DNA of 64,000 bases from Spirochaetia bacterium (GTDB lineage Bacteria > Spirochaetota > Spirochaetia > SZUA-6 > Bin103): the NCBI GenBank assembly GCA_965203055.1, contig OZ241863.1, positions 448,001 to 512,000 on the forward strand, in the 5' to 3' direction. Of this stretch, positions 21,259 to 29,509 are shown in pieces; the stretch's first letter is position 1, and every line of letters starts with the position of its first letter. The notes beneath the pieces are model-generated. The model was not told the origin of the DNA. It made no database searches and saw only the letters and a program-made list of their open reading frames with translations. A program made the position numbers and the translations under genes.

Positions 21259-23046
21259 CTAAACCGGGGTACCCCGCAACGTGACGTGACCGTTATCATG
21301 CAACTTGAACTTCGGCTTCTGCAGGTAGGTGTTGACACTGGCAGCGCTGACCCCAAACTTTGCGGGGATTTCCTTGAATAATCGGCTGGTGGTGGTGACT
21401 CCTCCTCCTTCTTCAATGCGCTGAACAATTTCGGCTTCGATGCCTTCGTATTTGTCATCGATCCATTCGGAAAGACCCCACCGCGACTTGTCAGCTCGTA
21501 CGACGTTTGGAAAGCCCGACAAGTATGATCCCACCTTGGCTGAGCCGAGACCGCAGACCTCGGCGATCTCCTCGCGGGTGGCGGGAGCGCCGATCGAAAG
21601 AAGCGCAGCTTTCGTCCGGGCTCTGTCAGAGTCTCGCAGCGCCAGGAAGCCGAACACGTCATAGAACGCGCAGCACTCCAACAGCAGGGTCCAATGTTGC
21701 TCCCATCCCTGATCAGGCAAGATGGCCTTCAGGCGCGCTTCGTCGATGATGCCGTCCTCCGCGACGGCAGGCGCAGCGCGTCGTAGTCGGTCAACGATCA
21801 GGCAGGCCGATGCGTCGAGACATACGCCATTCGTTATCCGCGGGTATTGCAGGCCGCTCTTGATCGCGTGACGTGCGAGCGCTGCGCCTTGGGTGCCGTC
21901 ATCAACGATCAATCTGTCGATCCGTGAATCGACCTCACGCTCTCTGACGATCGCTCCCAGTTGGGTTCTGAGTACCAGGGAAATAGTACTCAGTTCCCGG
22001 CCAAATACCTGCTCATATTTCGTTATCAGCGCCACCTGTATCTGCCGAACACGTTCCCGGGTAACGCCTACCATGTTGCCGACTTCCACGAGGGTATCCG
22101 GCGGATCAGCGAGAATACGACGGTCGAGCACGGTTCGTCGCGTCGACGTCAAGGTGTTGCACATACGCTTTGCTTCAGTCAACAATACGGCTGAAAGGTG
22201 TGTGTGGTGTGCTGATAGGGCGTCGATATCGATACCTATGAGCTTATCTTGGATGCCGATTATGGTGGCCAGTCGAGCAAAGTTTGATGCAAGCAAATCA
22301 GCCATCGAAGTGGCGCCATAGAATTCAGAAGAAGCTGCAAGCAACTGGCTCAATGGTGCTCGAACGATCTCTGCCGATGCGGTATCATGATGGGAATTCG
22401 GTGCAGGCGAGTGCTCATATGGATGCGGAGCACCCTCGATGCACGTTAGCAAGTAATCCTCAACCACGAGAAGCATATCTTGTAGTGAAGTCTGCCCAAA
22501 GTGTCGAATGGGGATCAGGTCTTTCACCAAGACGTGGTCGGTTCCACTGAACAGCCCGGCGGCGGTCAGGCAATTCCACGTACGAACGCTGAACGGCTGA
22601 GTTTTCAGTAGTGATCGATCAAGACCGCTCGGAAAGGCGACGCAAGAAAGTCCCGGCTGGTCGCCGGCGTGAACGGCCGCCAGCGCCTCATTCATGTCGG
22701 CGAGATGGCGGCGCGCGTCATCGGCAGACGGCCGGAGCGTGATGTTGTAGAGTGGGGAGCGGCCGGGGGTAACGGCGGGCTCCAGCACGCCTTTGGTGAC
22801 CAGGTCATTGACGGCTCGTTGAATGGTGGAGGGGGCGATGCCGGGCAGATCCGATCGACATGTCGCGTGCACCTCCGCGGCGGTCATCGGCCGGCCATGA
22901 GATTCGATGGATGCCCGTATGGTCTCACGGAGTTCACGTCGAAACGTCACGGAGTCGAAATGATCGGAGTCGTTCGTGAGTACGGTCGTCTGTTTATGGG
23001 GTTGGCCAACGCGCGGCGGGATGGCTCCGGCTGGAAGATCAGGCAC
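21259..23046 (-). CDS. HTH protein with RNAP alpha-CTD-like and sigma70 region-4-like domains (lower GC; probably C-terminally truncated)
   Basis: FSVRTWNCL..DLIPIRHFGQTS (alpha-CTD-like); TLVEVGNMVGVTRERVRQIQ (region 4.2 HTH); start uncertain. Confidence 0.6.
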   Translation of the reverse strand: MPDLPAGAIPPRVGQPHKQTTVLTNDSDHFDSVTFRRELRETIRASIESHGRPMTAAEVHATCRSDLPGIAPSTIQRAVNDLVTKGVLEPAVTPGRSPLYNITLRPSADDARRHLADMNEALAAVHAGDQPGLSCVAFPSGLDRSLLKTQPFSVRTWNCLTAAGLFSGTDHVLVKDLIPIRHFGQTSLQDMLLVVEDYLLTCIEGAPHPYEHSPAPNSHHDTASAEIVRAPLSQLLAASSEFYGATSMADLLASNFARLATIIGIQDKLIGIDIDALSAHHTHLSAVLLTEAKRMCNTLTSTRRTVLDRRILADPPDTLVEVGNMVGVTRERVRQIQVALITKYEQVFGRELSTISLVLRTQLGAIVREREVDSRIDRLIVDDGTQGAALARHAIKSGLQYPRITNGVCLDASACLIVDRLRRAAPAVAEDGIIDEARLKAILPDQGWEQHWTLLLECCAFYDVFGFLALRDSDRARTKAALLSIGAPATREEIAEVCGLGSAKVGSYLSGFPNVVRADKSRWGLSEWIDDKYEGIEAEIVQRIEEGGGVTTTSRLFKEIPAKFGVSAASVNTYLQKPKFKLHDNGHVTLRGTPV

Positions 23047-23168
23047 GCAAGGAGTATAGCATAACGTCGTGTGCCGGCCCGGCTCCGGGCGGCGCCACCG
23101 AAGCCGCATCCCGTCCGTGTGTCGGGTGGGTGAATCGGCTATCATGTGATGTGACCGAGGGACGATAG

Positions 23169-24176
23169 ATGAGTGCATTCTGGGAGCAGGTGGGCGGCAG
23201 TCTCGAACGGGGTGAGCGGGTGTTCGTGGCCTGCGTAGCCGAGCATACCCGCGGTTCGCCCGGCACCGCGGGGGCGAAGCTGATGGTGGCCGAGGGCGGG
23301 GACCGGTGCGGCACCATCGGCGGCGGCATGATGGAGCACCGGCTGGTCGAGCAGGCGCGGGCGGCGCTGCGCGGCGGCGCGGCGGCGCCGGAGAAGCGCA
23401 CCCTGGTGCATAGCGACACCGGCGACGGCGCGGCGGGCGAGCGGTCCGGCCTGGTGTGCGAGGGCCGCCAGACCAACGTCTTCTGCGTGCTGGCCGGGGA
23501 TCGTGATCGGGCGACCGTACGCGCGGTTGCCGCGGCGCTGCGCGAGGACCGGCCGGCGTGGATGGTGATCGATGCGGCCGGCCTGCGCCTCACGCGGCGG
23601 GAGCCGGACTTCTCCCGGCCGCCGTTCGTTCTGAGCGAGGAGGAAGGCGGAGGCTGGCGCTACGAGGAGGACCTGCTCAACCGGCGCCGGCTGGCGGTCA
23701 TCGGCGGCGGCCACTGCGCGGCAGCGTTGGCCGAGGTGACGGCGCGGCTCGGCTACCGGGTGCGGCTGTTCGACACCCGCGCCGAGGTGGTCGCCCACGA
23801 CCGGGCGGCGGCGTTCGGCGCCGTGTCCCACGTGGCCGATTACGCGGCGGCGGGACCGCGCATCGCCTACCCGGAGTTGACCGCGGTGGTGGTGATGACC
23901 GCCGACTACCGCACCGACGCGCGCGCGTTGCTCGGCGTCCTGAGCCTGCCCGTTCCCTTCGTCGGGCTGATGGGCGGCAGAAAGAAGATCGACCGGATAT
24001 TCTCCCTGCTGCAGGAGGAAGGCATCGCACGCCAGGCGCTCGACCGGGTTCGCGCACCGGTGGGGCTCGACATCGGCAGCGAGACGCCGGAGGAGATCGC
24101 CGTCAGCGTCGCCGCGCAGCTCCTGCGCGAACGGCACCGAGCACCCGCTCCGTCCCCTCCGCGACCGCGGCCGTGA
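23169..24176 (+). CDS. xdhC: Xanthine dehydrogenase accessory factor XdhC
   Basis: GSPGTAGAKLMV, GTIGGG..E, IGGGH, GLMGGRKK, APVGLDIGSETPEEIAVSVAAQL. Confidence 0.92.
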   Translation: MSAFWEQVGGSLERGERVFVACVAEHTRGSPGTAGAKLMVAEGGDRCGTIGGGMMEHRLVEQARAALRGGAAAPEKRTLVHSDTGDGAAGERSGLVCEGRQTNVFCVLAGDRDRATVRAVAAALREDRPAWMVIDAAGLRLTRREPDFSRPPFVLSEEEGGGWRYEEDLLNRRRLAVIGGGHCAAALAEVTARLGYRVRLFDTRAEVVAHDRAAAFGAVSHVADYAAAGPRIAYPELTAVVVMTADYRTDARALLGVLSLPVPFVGLMGGRKKIDRIFSLLQEEGIARQALDRVRAPVGLDIGSETPEEIAVSVAAQLLRERHRAPAPSPPRPRP

Positions 24177-24196
24177 GGACGGCCTCGTGACGGGTG

Positions 24197-24973
24197 TTAT
24201 TCGACTTCCATGATCTCGGGATCGAGCTGATACCAGAACACGGCTCCGGCATCGATGCTGTCGCCGATGCGGTCATCTCGCCGCATGCCTGACACCACGG
24301 CGTAGGCGTTCCGGCCCGTGAATCGGGTAAGGAAATCCGCGTTGCGGAGCGCCCGGGTCGTATCCCTTCCGTTGGCGGTGTAGGAGATCTCCACGGCGAC
24401 GTAGCAGGATTCGCCTGCCTCATCGGTCGCCTCCATGATCAGGTCGGCTCTTCGGAAGCTGCGCAGGTCGGCGCGGTCGATCGCGGTCGTGTCGGCGCGG
24501 TCGGTCAGCTCCCATAGATCATCGTGCGTCAGCGTCTTCGTGCGCCGCAAACCCAGGTCCCGAGCGATGGTGGAAGCCTCCGCGACCGCCGCATTTCTGG
24601 CATGGGCGCCTTTGAGGACGCCCAGGTCGTCCATCATCCTGTCGGTCTTGGTCTCCAGACGATCGAAGCGACGATCGGTAGCGGCGATGAAGCTATGCAC
24701 TTCCTCGCGGAGTGCAACCTGTTGTTCGGCCAACTCGGAGAGCCGCTCGCCCAACGCCGAGAGCCGTTCGGTCAACGCCGAGACCTGTTCGGCCAACGCC
24801 GAGACCCGCTCGGTCAACGCCGAGACCCGTTCGGCCAACTCCGAGACCCGCGCCGGCAGCTCGAGCAGTTCACGCGTGAGTATCCGGGATCGGAGGGCTT
24901 CCAGCCACTGCGGATGCCGGTCCAGCAGTGCGATCAGGTCTTCTATCGTATCGACGGCGTTCGTCGCGGGCAT
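24197..24973 (-). CDS. Hypothetical protein: heptad coiled coil plus putative PD-(D/E)XK-like C-terminal domain
   Basis: VSALAE[RQ]-type heptads; ADLIMEATD..YVAVEIS..DTTRA. Confidence 0.65.
   Translation of the reverse strand: MPATNAVDTIEDLIALLDRHPQWLEALRSRILTRELLELPARVSELAERVSALTERVSALAEQVSALTERLSALGERLSELAEQQVALREEVHSFIAATDRRFDRLETKTDRMMDDLGVLKGAHARNAAVAEASTIARDLGLRRTKTLTHDDLWELTDRADTTAIDRADLRSFRRADLIMEATDEAGESCYVAVEISYTANGRDTTRALRNADFLTRFTGRNAYAVVSGMRRDDRIGDSIDAGAVFWYQLDPEIMEVE
24735..24850 (-). repeat. 21-nt tandem repeats encoding coiled-coil heptads
   Basis: About five copies of CAAC[GT]CCGAGA[CG]C[CT]G[CT]TCG on the + strand. Confidence 0.85.
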
Positions 24974-25032
24974 CTTGGCAAACAACTCCGGGGCGGTCGT
25001 CACGACCACCATAGCAGGTTCCGACCGTAAGC

Positions 25033-25885
25033 GCCAATCTGCAGCAGGTGTTGGGGAGCCGTAGCGGCGCCCGCTGGTGCGGTCCACGTAGCGGCCGCGG
25101 TCGCGCCGCCGCACCTCGCGCTTGACCGCCGCCGGGATAGCGCGGCCGGTCACGCCTGTCTTCGGCGCCGAAGTGGCGTCGGTCGCCGGCTTCGCTGCCG
25201 AAGTGACCGGGCGGTCAGCGGCTTCGTCTCCCGGCTGCGCCGGCGCCTGAGCCGATACCTTCGCCGCCGAAGGAGCGGCGCTGTCCGCGCCGGCCTCCTG
25301 CTTCGCTGCCGAGGCAGCGCCGCGAGCCGAGGCTGCCTGCGTCTTCGCCGCCGAAGTTTGCTCGGCGCCTTTGGCCGGCGCGGCGCGCCGCCCGGGCCGG
25401 ATCGTGGCGGTCGAGCCCTTCCCGCACCAGCCGCCCCATGAACTGCCCCAACGTCAGGTGCGGGTCAACGTGGGACAGGAGGCCCTTGAGCCGCTCCAAG
25501 CCCCGCCGGTACTCATCGTCGATCACCGCCTTGAGTTCCCAGCGCCCGCCGCCCAGCGGCCGCACCCGATCCGCCGGCGCCGCCAGCTCCGGGTCCACCT
25601 CGGCCAGCACTGCATCACCTGCCGGCTGCTCTTGCCGGACGCCTGCTCCACCAAGTCCCGCCGCGCCTCCGAGTTCAGCACCGGCGCCGGCACCGGCTTC
25701 CGCTCCGCCGGCTTCCGCTCTGCCGAACGCGGCGGCGCCGAGCCCTCCTGCGACTGAGCGGCAGCCCCGCACCCGGCCCCGCGCGGCGCGCTACGCGCCG
25801 CGCGTTCCTTCTTGCGCTCCTGCCGGTCGAACGCATGCTGCAACTGCGCGGCCGCTTTCAGCGTCATCGTGCCATTCTGCAGTAT
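25033..25885 (-). pseudogene. Frameshifted, truncated HNH-endonuclease-family gene
   Basis: Pieces in several frames: AAAQLQHAFDRQER..EQASGKSSRQV / LAEVDPELAAPADRVRPLGGGRWELKAVID..LLSH / RAIPAAVKREVRRRDRGR..GRRYGS / QHLLQI, ending before the HNH core. Confidence 0.65.
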
Positions 25886-25904
25886 AATCATGGAAACTAC
25901 TTGA

Positions 25905-25985
25905 GTCGCCGGCGCGGGCGGCGTTGAGGGCAAGCAGGCGGGCGAGCACTTCGTCGCGGACTTCGTCGGGCCAACGCCAGCGGTA
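25905..25985 (-). pseudogene. C-terminal stub of a fused (Type IIG/IIL-like) restriction-modification enzyme
   Basis: Reads YRWRWPDEVRDEVLARLLALNAARA, resembling the conserved C-terminus of such enzymes (recognition by eye). Confidence 0.55.
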
Positions 25986-25986
25986 G

Positions 25987-26080
25987 TGAGGTGGTCCCGG
26001 TTGGTTAGACAGTCCGAGGGGTAGGTTAAGGTGTATCCGTCCTCAAGTTGAGGCGTTACCTGCTGAACCGCTCGGTAGAC
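25987..26080 (-). mobile_element. Probable IS3-family end remnant
   Basis: Minus strand ends ...CACCTTAACC..CTGTCTAACCAACCGGGACCACCTCA (terminal CA), abutting the RM stub; no transposase ORF. Confidence 0.4.
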
Positions 26081-26155
26081 GCCGCTTCTCAGGGGTAGTA
26101 TGCTCGGTCTGCGGGTCCGTTGGGTCCTAACTCTTGTTCGGGAGGAATGAGTCGT

Positions 26156-26371
26156 ATGTCACAACACGTCGTTTCACGAGATGGCAAGTGGGCGGTGCGC
26201 AGGGGCGGTGCCGATCGCGTTACGCGACGTTTCGACACGCAACGTGAAGCCATCGACGCTGCACGTGAGCTTGCCCGTAAGCAGAAAACCATATTGTACA
26301 TCCATGGAGAGGATGGCAGAATTATAAAGCGAGACTCTTATGGGGAGGACCCATTTCCACCGAAAGGGTAA
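26156..26371 (+). CDS. DUF2188 family protein
   Basis: QHVV..DGKWAVR..GA.R....FDTQREAI..AR..A......LYIHGEDGRI..RDSYGEDPFPPKG. Confidence 0.9.
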   Translation: MSQHVVSRDGKWAVRRGGADRVTRRFDTQREAIDAARELARKQKTILYIHGEDGRIIKRDSYGEDPFPPKG

Positions 26372-26384
26372 TCACAGCGCCGGT

Positions 26385-26918
26385 TGACCCCAACTTTGAT
26401 CGAAACGTATTCCTGAACGAAGTGATGCTGGCGAATCACGGGTGGAGAAGATCATTCAACTTATTGAGTCATCCCGTTACTCGATTCACGACCTGAGCAG
26501 ATGCCAAGCCCGCGCGGCGCGGGAACACTACCGGCTCAACATGCCCTTTGAGCTTGGATTGGACTTCGGATGCCGACGTTATGGGGGCGAACCTCTTTCG
26601 GGGAAGGTCATTCTGATACTCGAGGAAAAGCCCTATCGCTATCAGGCGGCAATTTCCGACTTGGCAGGAAATGATATTGAAGCGCATGGCGGCGATCCGG
26701 AAACTGCCGTAAGGAAGGTCAGAAACTGGATTGACGGGCTCGGTGACTTCGAACTTATCGGACCTCATCGCATATTTTCAGAATATGAGGACTTCTATGA
26801 GTGGTACTACGAACGCCAACTGGAGGCCGGCTTTTCCGAACGTGACATCCAAGACTATTCCACCCCGAAACTCTTGAAGGAAATGCGCCATTGGACCGAA
26901 AAAGATAGGCCGCGATAA
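26385..26918 (+). pseudogene. Nucleoside-deoxyribosyltransferase/TIR-like protein with internal deletion
   Basis: N-terminal VDPNFDRNVFLN is out of frame with ERSDAGESRVEKIIQLIESSRYSIHDLSR..RLNMPFELGLDFG; the two pieces share GAAC at the junction. Confidence 0.55.
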
Positions 26919-26990
26919 GCATTCAGCGCCGCCGGAAGGAGTTCCCCGCTACCCAGGCTGGACGAAAGCTCCCGGTAAGCATCCGGCGGC

Positions 26991-28954
26991 CTAATCGGCC
27001 AGCTCCACCAGAAGCTGTTTGCCGGCCAGCGTCTGGCGCGCCCAATAGAGGTTCTGGTACTGATCGTAGCCGCCCTCTGCCAGCTTGGCCGTGCCGGTCG
27101 CGGTGGTGCCGCTGGCCGGCGCCGAAAAGGTCACGGTTGGGGCAGATTGGTAGCCGCTTCCCCCGTTCGTGACCGTCACCGACGCTACGCGCAGGGCCGC
27201 GGTGCCGGCGGCCGTGGTGCCGCCGCCCGGCGCCGCGCCGAAGGTCACGGTCGGGGCGGAGGTGTAGCCGCTCCCCCGGTTCGTGATCGTCACCGACGCT
27301 ATGCCGTAGCGCAGCACCGCGGTGCCGGCGGCGGTGGTGCCGCCGCTCGGCGCTGCGCCGAAGGTCACGGTGGGGGCGGAGGTGTAGCCGCTCCCCCCGT
27401 TCGTGATCGTCACCGACGCTACGCCGTAGCGCAGCACCGCGGTGCCGGCGGCGGTGGTGCCGGCGCCCGGCGCTGCGCCGAAGGTCACGGTCGGGACAGA
27501 GGTGTAGCCGCTTCCGGGGTTCGTGATCGTTACCTCCGCTACGCCGCTTTGCAGCACCGCGGTGCCGGTTGCCGTGTACGCGCTGCCCGTCGGCGAGGCC
27601 GAAAACGTCACGGAAGGGGCAGCCGTGTAGCCGCTCCCCGGGTTCGTGATCGTCACTGCCTCTATTCTGCTGGTTCTCAGCGTCGCGGTGCCGGCCGCAC
27701 CGCTGCCCCCTCCGCCCGAAAACGTCACGGATGGGGCGGTAGTGTAGCCGCTCCCCCGGTTCGTGATGCTTATGGTTAGCACTTGACCGCCGTGTATCGT
27801 CGCTGTTCCCGTTGCCCGGGTGCCACCGGACGGCGGAGCGCCAAACGTCACGGTTGGGGCCGACGTGTAACCGGTCCCAAAATTCGTCATCGTCACGCCG
27901 TCTAATTCGGTTCGCCGCGTTGCGGCGCCGGTCGCCGTGGTGCCGCCGGGCGGCGGCGCGCTGAACGTCACGGTCGGGTCAGAGGTATAGAATAGCCCCC
28001 GGAACGTGAGAGTCACTGCCGCTACGCCGCTTTGCCGCACCGCGGTGCCGGTGGCCGTGGTGCCGCCGGCCGGCGCCGCTCCGAACGTGACGCTGGGAAC
28101 CGACGTGTAGCCGCTCCCGGCGGTCCCGACCGTCACCGAATCGACGTACCTGGACCCAACGACGGTGCCGGTTGCCGTGGCGCCGCCGGCCGTCGGCGCT
28201 CCGAACGTGACGCTGGGAACCGACGTGTAGCCGCTTCCTGCAGTTCCCACCGTCACCGAATCGACGGTACCGGAGCCCACCACCGCGGCGCCGGTTGCCG
28301 TGGCGCCGCCGGCCGGCGGCGCCCCGAACGTCACGCTGGGAACCGTCGCGTAGCCGCTCCCTGCGGTCCCGACCGTCACGGAATCGACGGAGCCGACTGC
28401 GGCGCCGGTTGCCGTAGTGCCGCCGGCCGGCGGCGCCTCGAACGTGACGCTGGGAACCGACGCATAGCCGCTCCCCGGGTTCGCTATCGTGACCGATTCA
28501 ACCGTGTCGGAGGCGCCCGACTGATCCGGGGCGGTGAGCACCAGCGCCACCGCGCCCGCCCGGACGTCCGCGGTAACCGTCCACTCCGCGCCGGAGATGT
28601 CGGACGCGAAGACCGGCTTGGCGCTCGTGCTGGTGAACGGCAGCTCGTGCCCGCCAATCGAAACGCGCGCGCTGCCGCCGGTGAGCCGCTCCCAGGCATA
28701 CGGCGCGGAACGGCTGGACACGGCGCCCGTCAGGTTCGGTTCATCATCGCCAAAGTCAGCCGCGTTGATCGTCCAGCGCTTCTCCGCCGGCGCTGCCGGC
28801 TGCGGGGTTGGCGCGGGCTCGGTCGGCGGTTTACCCCCCCCCCTGAAGCCGGGTCGGCGGGCGCGGCGGCCGGGCGCGCCGCCTGGGAACAGGCCATCAG
28901 CGCGGCGATGCCGGCGGCCAGCAACAGCAATAACGGCGGCGATACCTTACTCAC
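26991..28954 (-). CDS. Repeat lipoprotein copy A, frameshifted at G10 (654 aa if G11)
   Basis: GGAGG RBS and GTG 28954; lipoprotein signal ..IAALMAC; G10 at 28834-28843; adding one G gives an open frame GKPPTEPAP..NLTGAVSSRSAPYAW into the 576-aa repeat ORF. Confidence 0.85.
27080..28502 (-). repeat. 12 tandem ~120-nt (~40-aa) repeats VxxVTxTNxGSGYTSxPTVTFxAPxxGGTTATGTA
   Basis: Counted in the translation; near-identical nucleotide units at 27180-27540. Confidence 0.95.
28834..28843 (-). repeat. Poly-G10 tract (candidate phase-variation switch), copy A
   Basis: C10 on the + strand, between the signal peptide and the body of the gene. Confidence 0.9.
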
Positions 28955-28992
28955 GATTCCTCCGGTGGCGTGTCCGCCCGTCGATCCGTCGA

Positions 28993-29325
28993 TCATGGTA
29001 GCACGGCTACGCTATGGGCGGTTTCGTGCGAATCTGCGGACGATTGAGACTCGGATGCGGGCATCCCCAACTCGTTCTCGATGCGCGCCAGGCGATCAGC
29101 CACGGCAACACGTAGATCGTCTACCTTCTCATCAAGCGCGTCGATACTACCCTCAATCTTGGCTATGTCGGCGCGGGCCTCGGCGATGGTCACGCTGGTT
29201 GCCTTCACGTCGCCGGATAGGTCGCCGATCTTACCGCTCAATACCCAGGCGGCACCGACGATAGCGATAACGACGGTCACCACCACACCGACGGCGGTAA
29301 CTATCAGGGTCTTGTTCTCACTCAC
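28993..29325 (-). CDS. Small membrane-anchored coiled-coil protein
   Basis: AGGAGG RBS and GTG start; N-terminal TM (LIVTAVGVVVTVVIAIVGAAWVL) then heptad pattern. Confidence 0.7.
   Translation of the reverse strand: MSENKTLIVTAVGVVVTVVIAIVGAAWVLSGKIGDLSGDVKATSVTIAEARADIAKIEGSIDALDEKVDDLRVAVADRLARIENELGMPASESQSSADSHETAHSVAVLP
28995..29003 (-). promoter_or_regulatory. Putative extended -10 element (TGcTACCAT) of copy A
   Basis: Identical element sits upstream of copy B (31503-31511) at the edge of the duplicated segment. Confidence 0.45.
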
Positions 29326-29397
29326 GGTCCACCTCCTGCCAGAACGGCAACAGGCAAGGCGGCCAACCTGCGGCCGCGTGATTCATGGCGCCAGCAT

Positions 29398-29478
29398 ACC
29401 ACGGCGCCAGATCCGCGGCAAGAAGATCGATATCAACGACAGCCTGTGGCTGGCTCGCATCTGCCAATTTGGTCTTTC
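29398..29478 (+). mobile_element. IS110-family transposase fragment
   Basis: RQIRGKKIDINDSLWLARICQFGL resembles the IS110 KTDxxDAxWLA motif. Confidence 0.6.
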
Positions 29479-29509
29479 ACAGCAAAGCTCCGGGTCGCTA
29501 GCCGGCGGC

